From contig OZ245838.1 of the NCBI GenBank assembly GCA_965228735.1, positions 2,848,001-2,912,000 of the forward strand: a stretch of 64,000 nucleotides of DNA, read 5' to 3'. The stretch is from Planctomycetota bacterium. GTDB lineage: Bacteria > Planctomycetota > UBA1135 > UBA2386. The translations under genes and the position numbers were made by a program. The notes beneath the pieces were generated by a model. That model was not told the origin of the DNA and did no database searches. It saw only the letters and a program-made list of their open reading frames with translations. Position 1 is the stretch's first letter, and each line of letters begins with the position of its first letter. This document shows, one piece after another, positions 57,114-64,000 of the stretch.

Positions 57114-58187
57114 ATGACACGACTGCGCGTTCTCGTCGTCGGCTGCGGCAACATGGGCACGTCCCACGCCCGGGCCTATCACGCCCTGAGCGACGATTTC
57201 GAGATCGTCGGGCTCGTCAGCCGCGGCCCGGAATCACGCGAGCGGCTGAGCCGGGAGCTCGGCGGTCGCGCCACGTTCGCCGACTTCGAAACGGCCTACG
57301 CCGAGACCAGGCCCGACGTCGTCTCGATCAACACCTACCCGGACACCCACGCCGCGATCGCGCGCACGGCGCTGGCGGGCGGCTCGCACCTGTTCGTCGA
57401 GAAGCCGCTCGCCGAGAGCGTCGCGGAGGCGCAGGAGATCGTCGACCTCGCGCGCGAGCACGGGCGCAAGGTCGTCGTCGGCTACATCCTGCGGGTCCAC
57501 CCCGCGTGGCAGAAGTTCATCGAGGTCGCGCAGGGCCTCGGCAAGCCGCTCGTCATGCGGATGAACCTCAACCAGCAGAGCCGCGGCAAGGACTGGGCGA
57601 CGCATCGCGCGCTCATGGACTCGATGTCGCCGATCGTCGACTGCGGCGTGCACTACGTCGACGTGATGTGCCAGATGACGCGCAGCAAGCCGGTGCGGGT
57701 GAGCGCGATCCAGGCGCGGCTGTCCGACGAGCTCAAACCCGGGATGTACAACTACGGCCAGCTGCAGGTCACGTTCGAGGACGGCTCGGTCGGCTGGTAC
57801 GAGGCCGGCTGGGGCCCGATGATGAGCGAGGTCGCGTATTTCGTGAAGGACGTCGTGGGACCGAAGGGCTGCGCGTCGATCGTCGATCGCGACGGCGAAC
57901 GCAAGGACGGCAGCGCCGACGTCGATTCGCATACCGCGACCAACAGCATCCGCGTGCACTGGCAGGATCGCGACAGCAACGACGAGTTCACGAAGCCCGA
58001 CGAGTGGATCGACACGACGGACGAACCCGACCACGACGGGCTGTGCCTGCGCGAGCAGCAGTACCTGCTCGACGCGATCCAGCAGGACGTCGACCTCACC
58101 GACCATCTCGCGGACGCGGTCAACAGCCTGCGCATCGTGCTCGCCGCGGATCAGTCGGCGCGTGAAGGGCGGACGGTGGAGTTGTGA
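57114..58187 (+). CDS. Gfo/Idh/MocA family oxidoreductase
   Basis: VVGCGNMG, HLFVEKPLA, DCGVHYVD. Confidence 0.93.
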   Translation: MTRLRVLVVGCGNMGTSHARAYHALSDDFEIVGLVSRGPESRERLSRELGGRATFADFETAYAETRPDVVSINTYPDTHAAIARTALAGGSHLFVEKPLAESVAEAQEIVDLAREHGRKVVVGYILRVHPAWQKFIEVAQGLGKPLVMRMNLNQQSRGKDWATHRALMDSMSPIVDCGVHYVDVMCQMTRSKPVRVSAIQARLSDELKPGMYNYGQLQVTFEDGSVGWYEAGWGPMMSEVAYFVKDVVGPKGCASIVDRDGERKDGSADVDSHTATNSIRVHWQDRDSNDEFTKPDEWIDTTDEPDHDGLCLREQQYLLDAIQQDVDLTDHLADAVNSLRIVLAADQSAREGRTVEL

Positions 58188-58723
58188 AGCCCACGCTGCT
58201 CCTGGTCTCCGCCACGCTCGTCGCCGCGTGCGCCGCGACCGGCGATCGCGCGATCGAGTCCCCGGCGCTCGCCATCCCGAGCTACCCCGCCGACGATCCG
58301 CGCCCCCAGACCGGCGGATTCGTCCGGGAAGTGCGACTCGCCGAGACGACCGTGGGTGAGACCAGGTTCATCCTCATGGCATTCCGGGTCGGCGACACGC
58401 TCACGCTCGGCGCGATGACGGAGGGGCCGTTCGAGGGCTCCGCCAACTTCCGCCTCGGCAAGCGCGGACTGGAGTTCGACTTCGCCGCCGACCACGGCGA
58501 GATCGCCGTGACGACGACCAACCCGCCGGCCGGCGCCGAACGACCGCGCGGGCAGCAGGCCGGGTTCCGCGACTATCGCTGGATCAACGTCGAGCTCGAG
58601 AGCGACCTCTGGCTCCCGGACGGGGCGGCGCTGCTCGGCCTGCGCTTCCGGGACCGGCTCGGCCAGGTGACGACGCTGCCCGTGGCGGGCGGGGCATTCG
58701 CGGCCCGGCTCGAAGCCCGCTGA
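58184..58723 (+). CDS. Hypothetical lipoprotein
   Basis: Lipobox VAAC; GTGA overlap with the upstream gene. Confidence 0.75.
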   Translation: MKPTLLLVSATLVAACAATGDRAIESPALAIPSYPADDPRPQTGGFVREVRLAETTVGETRFILMAFRVGDTLTLGAMTEGPFEGSANFRLGKRGLEFDFAADHGEIAVTTTNPPAGAERPRGQQAGFRDYRWINVELESDLWLPDGAALLGLRFRDRLGQVTTLPVAGGAFAARLEAR

Positions 58724-58750
58724 CAGGCGCCCCGAGCCTGGGCACCGGCG

Positions 58751-60301
58751 CTACAGCGGGATGTTCCCGTGCTTCTTCGACGGGTTGGTGTCCCGCTTGC
58801 TGCGGCACAGGTCGAGCGCCTGGATCAGCGCCGGGCGCGTGCGGCGCGGTTCGATCACGTCGTCGACGAAGCCGTGGGCCGCGGCCTGGTAAGGGTTGGC
58901 GAAGCGCTCGCGGTACCCCGCGACGAGCTTCTCCTCCTCGGCCTTGGGATCGGACGCCGACTTGATCTGCTGGCGGAACACGATCTTCGCCGCGCCCTCG
59001 GCACCCATGACCGCGATCTCGGCAGTCGGCCACGCGAGGTTGACGTCACCGCGGATGTGCTTGCTGCTCATGACGTCGTAGGCGCCGCCGTAGGCCTTAC
59101 GCGTGATGACCGTGAGCTTCGGCACCGTGGCCTCGCAGTAGGCGTAGAGCAGTTTCGCGCCGTGCGTGATGATGCCGCCCCATTCCTGTTCCTTCCCCGG
59201 CAGGAACCCCGGCACGTCCTCGAACGTGATCAGCGGGATGTTGAACGAGTCGCAGAAGCGGATGAACCGGGCGCCCTTGATGCTCGCCTTGATGTCGAGC
59301 ACGCCGGCCAGGTGGTTGGGCTGGTTGCCGACGATGCCGACGACGCGGCCACCGAGCCGGGCGAAGCCGACGACGATGTTGCGCGCGAAGCGCCCGTGGA
59401 TCTCGAAGAAGTCGCCGTCGTCGACGACGTGCTTGACGACCTGCCGCATGTCGTACGGCTGATCGCTCGACGGCGGAATGATCGAATCGAGCGCCTCCTC
59501 CATGCGGTTGGGATCATCGCTGCTCTCGCGGAACGGCGGGTCGTCCGCGTTGTTCAGCGGCAGGAACGAGAGCAGCTCGCGGATCTGCATCAGACACGCC
59601 GCGTCGTCCGGCGCGGTCAGGTGCGCGACGCCGGAGGTCTCCGCGTGCACCGCGGCCCCGCCGAGTTCCTCGCTCGTCGTCTCCTCGTGCATCACGGTCT
59701 TGACCACGTCGGGCCCCGTGATGTGCATGAAGCTCGTGCCCTCGACCATGCAGACGAAGTCCGTGATCGACGGGCTGTAGACCGCGCCGCCCGCGCACGG
59801 CCCCATGATCGCGCTGATCTGCGGGATCACGCCGCTCGCGAGCGTGTTGCGCAGGAAGATGTCGGCGTAGCCACCGAGCGACACGACGCCCTCCTGGATG
59901 CGCGCGCCGCCCGAGTCGTTGAGCCCGATCACCGGCACGCCCATCTTCATGGCCGCGTCCATGATCTTGAGGATCTTCTGGGCGTGCGTCTCCGACAGGC
60001 TGCCGCCGAAGACGGTGAAGTCCTGCGAGAACAAGAACACCGGCCGACCGTCGATCTTGGCGCTGCCCGTCACGACACCGTCGCCGAGGATCTGGTTCTG
60101 CTCGCTGTCCATGCCGAAGTCGCGGCAGCGGTGCGTCACGAACCGGTCGATCTCGGCGAACGTGCCGGGGTCGACGAGCAGGTCGATGCGTTCGCGCGCC
60201 GTGAGCTTGCCCTTCTCGTGCTGCGCCGCGACGCGCTTCTCGCCGCCGCCTTGCATCGACTTCTCGCGCAGCTCGAGCAACCGCTTCATCGGATCGGTCA
60301 T
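58751..60301 (-). CDS. pccB: Propionyl-CoA carboxylase beta (carboxyltransferase) subunit
   Basis: [44 protein letters not shown]. Confidence 0.93.
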   Translation of the reverse strand: MTDPMKRLLELREKSMQGGGEKRVAAQHEKGKLTARERIDLLVDPGTFAEIDRFVTHRCRDFGMDSEQNQILGDGVVTGSAKIDGRPVFLFSQDFTVFGGSLSETHAQKILKIMDAAMKMGVPVIGLNDSGGARIQEGVVSLGGYADIFLRNTLASGVIPQISAIMGPCAGGAVYSPSITDFVCMVEGTSFMHITGPDVVKTVMHEETTSEELGGAAVHAETSGVAHLTAPDDAACLMQIRELLSFLPLNNADDPPFRESSDDPNRMEEALDSIIPPSSDQPYDMRQVVKHVVDDGDFFEIHGRFARNIVVGFARLGGRVVGIVGNQPNHLAGVLDIKASIKGARFIRFCDSFNIPLITFEDVPGFLPGKEQEWGGIITHGAKLLYAYCEATVPKLTVITRKAYGGAYDVMSSKHIRGDVNLAWPTAEIAVMGAEGAAKIVFRQQIKSASDPKAEEEKLVAGYRERFANPYQAAAHGFVDDVIEPRRTRPALIQALDLCRSKRDTNPSKKHGNIPL

Positions 60302-60777
60302 CGCCCCGCCTCCCCGTTGCCAGCCGCGCCGGAATGCGGCCCCCCAGAGTGCGGATCCCCGGCATGCGGATCCTCGACGAGCTCGGTCAGCACGCCGTCC
60401 ATGCCCTTGGGGTGCACGAACGCCACCCGGCAATCGTGCGCGCCCTTCTGCGGCCCGTCGTCGATCATCGGCGCGCCGCTCGCCTTCATGCCGTCGATCG
60501 CCTGCTGGCAATCCGCGACCTCGAACGCGAGGTGGTGGATGCCGGTCCCGCGCTTGCTGATGAACCTGCCGACCGGCGTCTCCTCGCCGAGCGGCTCGAG
60601 CAGCTCGATCCGGGTCGAGCCGGCCGCGAGAACCGCGACCTTGACCCCCTGCTCCGGCACCTCGTCCGTCGACACGAGCTCGAGCCCGAGGCCGTCGGTC
60701 CAGTGCGGGAGCGACTCGGCGATCGACCGGACGGCGATGCCGATGTGATGCAGATTGCGCGCGCCAGATGCAGTCAT
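60298..60777 (-). CDS. mce: Methylmalonyl-CoA epimerase
   Basis: [40 protein letters not shown]; coupled to pccB. Confidence 0.94.
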   Translation of the reverse strand: MTASGARNLHHIGIAVRSIAESLPHWTDGLGLELVSTDEVPEQGVKVAVLAAGSTRIELLEPLGEETPVGRFISKRGTGIHHLAFEVADCQQAIDGMKASGAPMIDDGPQKGAHDCRVAFVHPKGMDGVLTELVEDPHAGDPHSGGPHSGAAGNGEAGR

Positions 60778-60918
60778 TCGGCCGGGGATGCTAGAGGGAG
60801 CTCGGGCGAGAGCGAAACAGAAGTCGGCTTCCACGCTCCCGCGGCTCCGGGTTCGGCGGGCCCGTGCGCGGCCCGGTTCGGCGATTGCTTTCCGAACCGC
60901 GCCGAGCATGCTGCTGCC

Positions 60919-61758
60919 GTGCCCGAACTGCCCGAAGTCGAGACCGTGCGCACCGGCGCCGAGCCGCACCTCGTCGGACGGCGCGTGCTCGATCTCGAGT
61001 TCGCGCGCAGCGATCTGCGCTGGCCGATCCCGATCGACGAGCTCCAGGGCCTGCGAGGTCGCACGTGCACCGCGGTCACGCGCCGCAGCAAGTTCATCCT
61101 GCTGCACTTCGACGGCGACGGCCGCCCGATCGCGCTCGTGCACCTCGGCATGACGGGCCGCCTCGCCGTCGACGTCCACCCGCGCCGCCGCGCGCTCCCG
61201 GAATGGTAGAAGCACGAGCACTGGCGCATGCAGCTCCCCGACCGCCTCGTGCGGTACGTCGACCCGCGCCGCTTCGGCGCGCTCGGGCTCACGTCGGCGA
61301 GCGCGGCCGGCGAGCATCCGTGGCTGCACGCGCTCGGCCAGGAACCGCTGGAGCCGGGCTTCGACGGCGCGTTCCTGCACCGCGTTTCGCGCAAGAAGAA
61401 GTGCAGCGTCAAGTCGCTGCTCATGGACGGCCGCATCGTCGTCGGCGTCGGCAACATCTACGCGAGTGAATCGTGCTGGCTCGCGAGCGTGCGCCCGCGA
61501 CGGGCAGCCAGGTCGCTCACAAGATCCCAGTGCGACGCGCTCGCGGAAGCCGTGCAGCAGGTTCTGCGAGCGGCGATCGCGTCGGGCGGCACGTCGTTCC
61601 GCGACTTTGCCGGCGTCGACGAGGCGGCCGGCTACTTCGCGCGCGAACTCAACGTCTACGAACGTGACGGCGAGGCGTGCAAGCGATGCGGTGAGGATGT
61701 GCGGCGCACCGTCGACGTCGGCCGGAGCACGTATTGGTGCGCCGGCTGCCAGCGCTGA
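60919..61758 (+). pseudogene. mutM: Formamidopyrimidine-DNA glycosylase with in-frame TAG at 61207-61209
   Basis: PELPEVET start, RRSK, HLGMTG, then W*KHEH, DPRRFG, GVGNIYASE and C-terminal zinc finger CKRC..CAGCQ, all in one frame. Confidence 0.9.
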
Positions 61759-61798
61759 ACGGCGCGCCCGGGCCGCGCAGCCGGCATCCCACCCCGGC

Positions 61799-62893
61799 CT
61801 ACGTGTCGAACGAGATGATCCAGAGCAACCGCACGCGCGTCTCGTCCGGGCGGCTGTCGACCTTGATCAGCCCGAGCAAGGCGTGGAACACGTTGCGCGT
61901 CTCGGTCTCGCGCGTGGAGCTGTCCGACACGTACGTGTTCTTGTTGCTCATGATCAGGCCCCACGGACCGATCGTCCACCGGTCGGCGAAGACGCCGTCC
62001 TGGAGCTTGAAGATCAGCGGCACCCAGACGTTGGTCTCGCCGCTGTAGTCGTGCAGGTCGATCTCGGCCTCGTAGCTTGGACTCCCCGCGCGTGACACCG
62101 TGACGCGCATGGGGTCGCCGTTGCGACCGCGGCTCGCGATCTCGCGTGACAGCTCACTCAGGGGCGGGACGGGCTTGCCGTCGACCTCGTCGATGATGTC
62201 GCCGCCGCGGATACCGGCGATCCACGCGGGCGAACCGACCTCGACACGACCGACGACGACCGCATTGCGCGCCTCGCCGTAGATCTTCTCGCACCAGTCC
62301 TCGGGGATGCCGCGCAGGTGCACACCCGCGTACGGCCGCCGCGACTGCGACGCCTCGAGCGCGACGCTCTCGGTGTTGGTCACGCGCTCCTCGAGCAGCT
62401 TGACGGTCAGCGGCAGGTCGAGGCGTTCGCCGCCACGACCGATGCTCGCGACGACCGGCTCGCCGACGTCGAGTCGGGCTTCGGCGTCGACGACGTGCGA
62501 CAGGTAGGTCGTGTCGCGTTCGCCGATCGAGTAGAGCACGTCGCCCTGGCGGACGCCGGCAGCCTGCGCCGCCGAACCCTCGTAGACGCCATCGACGAAG
62601 AGCCCCGAGTACGGCCGCAGCCCGTGGCGCTCGGCAACGGCCTTGTCGATCTCGCGCAGCTGGAACCCGAGGAACGGACGCTCCCGATCGACCGCCGTCG
62701 AGACCAGGAGCGAAGCGTCACCGCCAGCACCGCTCTGGATGCGGTAGGTCTCGGAGCTGCCGTCCGGCAGCTCACGCTGCGCGAGGACGTAGTCGGGGCT
62801 GCCGACGATCTGCTGCTCGCGGTAGGTCACGCAAGCGGTGAGCGGCAGGAGCAGGAGGCTGAGGACGAGGACGGACGAGCGGTTTCGGATCAT
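61799..62893 (-). CDS. Tandem PDZ-domain lipoprotein
   Basis: Lipobox LTAC; two PDZ units (PFLGF..GSAAQAAGVRQGDVL, PYAGV..GSPAWIAGIRGGDII); no protease domain. Confidence 0.88.
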   Translation of the reverse strand: MIRNRSSVLVLSLLLLPLTACVTYREQQIVGSPDYVLAQRELPDGSSETYRIQSGAGGDASLLVSTAVDRERPFLGFQLREIDKAVAERHGLRPYSGLFVDGVYEGSAAQAAGVRQGDVLYSIGERDTTYLSHVVDAEARLDVGEPVVASIGRGGERLDLPLTVKLLEERVTNTESVALEASQSRRPYAGVHLRGIPEDWCEKIYGEARNAVVVGRVEVGSPAWIAGIRGGDIIDEVDGKPVPPLSELSREIASRGRNGDPMRVTVSRAGSPSYEAEIDLHDYSGETNVWVPLIFKLQDGVFADRWTIGPWGLIMSNKNTYVSDSSTRETETRNVFHALLGLIKVDSRPDETRVRLLWIISFDT

Positions 62894-63048
62894 TGCGGTA
62901 GGAACGGCCACGAATGCGATGACAGCGCAGGACGTGCCGTTACGTGGCCGGGACCGGATGATTTCTGCCGGATCCGGGCGTTCTTGCCGAGCCGGGTGAC
63001 GGCCTCGGGGCCGCGCGGCGCCCGCAAACGCCGCGCGCGGCCCGCAGC

Positions 63049-64000
63049 TCACTTCACGAGCGGCACTTCGAGGCGCTGGGTACCCTCGAACGTGTTGCCG
63101 TCGAAGATCCAGTCCTGGAAGTAGAGCGTCATCGGATCGAGGAACTCGGGGAGCGCGATGGTGTAGGTCACCTGCTGGCCGAACTGGAACGGCAACGTCG
63201 CGAGGTAGGCCGGGCCGAAGGCGTCCACGAGCAGGCGGCAGCCGGGCGTGACCGCGGGATGGATGACGGGCGCATCGTGCGGCGCGAACGCGACGACGAC
63301 GAAGTGGCCGGCCGGGGCGTTGTTCGTGACCCGCAGGTAGTTGAACTCGGCGCCGATCTGCTGATTGCCGATCCACGCGATCGTCGCAGGGCTGCAACCG
63401 AAGCCGGACGTCGTGTCCGGGGCCACGGCATCGTAGGTGAGCGTGTGCCCGTAGAGCGGATTCGTCGCCTCGTCCGACCCGTACGCCATGAGCACGTCGT
63501 TGTGATCGTTGTCGAAGACGCACGCCGGCCCGACGAGGTTGTGACCGCTCGGATCGAAGATCTTGACGTACGACTCGGTAGCCTCGCCGTTGTAGCCGAC
63601 GCGCGAGTAGTACGCCGAGCCGAGCCCGGCGTTCACCCAGCGGTAGGTCGCCACCCAGTGCGAGTCGTCGTTCGTGTCGAACGCGAGGCCGCTGACCCGC
63701 CAGGAGCGCAGGTGAGCCGCCTGCAGCAGCACCGGCGGCCGGTCGGCACCCGCATCGGGCAACGTCGCGCCATGCGACCAGTCGAACCGCTCGAGACGAA
63801 CCGAGTAGCCGAGCGGCGACTGCGTCTTGCCCGGCACCTGCGACAGCCAGTTGGCCGCGAACACGACGGCGTAGCGCCCGTTGTTGCCTTCGACGATCGG
63901 CTCGAGCAGGTGGTGGGTCCCGGCCGCGGAGAGGTCGCTGCGCCACGTGCCGAGCGACATCGAGCCGTCGTTGCCGACGCGCCGCGCCACGAGGTCCCAC
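63049..64000 (-). CDS. Hypothetical (probably secreted) protein, C-terminal part only
   Basis: Open frame with protein-like composition running off the window end; C-terminal domain resembles those of other secreted proteins here. Confidence 0.8.
   Translation of the reverse strand, partial: WDLVARRVGNDGSMSLGTWRSDLSAAGTHHLLEPIVEGNNGRYAVVFAANWLSQVPGKTQSPLGYSVRLERFDWSHGATLPDAGADRPPVLLQAAHLRSWRVSGLAFDTNDDSHWVATYRWVNAGLGSAYYSRVGYNGEATESYVKIFDPSGHNLVGPACVFDNDHNDVLMAYGSDEATNPLYGHTLTYDAVAPDTTSGFGCSPATIAWIGNQQIGAEFNYLRVTNNAPAGHFVVVAFAPHDAPVIHPAVTPGCRLLVDAFGPAYLATLPFQFGQQVTYTIALPEFLDPMTLYFQDWIFDGNTFEGTQRLEVPLVK

Noticed and set aside
61207..61209. Genome-wide amber recoding (pyrrolysine or code 15)
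   Set aside because: TAG ends other genes exactly at their conserved termini (pccB ...HGNIPL, flagellin, MacB permease ...ALRHE), and no pyl genes are in the window.

Overview
High-GC bacterial chromosomal window (roughly 70% GC by eye) with about 48 real CDS; most long ORFs in the supplied track are antisense shadows. Gene content and style suggest Planctomycetota (inference). In order it holds: a minus-strand MoxR/DUF58/vWA/ABC operon; a CDF transporter; an ECF sigma factor with a frameshifted anti-sigma-like partner; an isolated short flagellin with a sigma28-like promoter; large secreted proteins including an M4/M36-type metalloprotease; HDOD-sthA-elbB-SDR; coaB-ftsK-ftsK-like-dnaB-bamA-NUDIX-LOG; a TolC/MacAB-type exporter; a ptsI-Myb-repeat-STAS-histidine kinase-receiver-HD cluster; acyl-CoA carboxylase genes and mce; and mutM broken by an in-frame TAG. 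I saw no rRNA, tRNA, CRISPR array or transposase. The best candidates for undescribed biology are (1) a motor-less FtsK paralog beside a full FtsK that has a very long acidic tail, (2) a shared ~95-aa C-terminal domain on four unrelated secreted proteins, possibly a sorting signal, and (3) a four-repeat Myb/SANT-like protein translationally coupled to PTS Enzyme I. All calls rest on motif recognition by eye; no database search was run.
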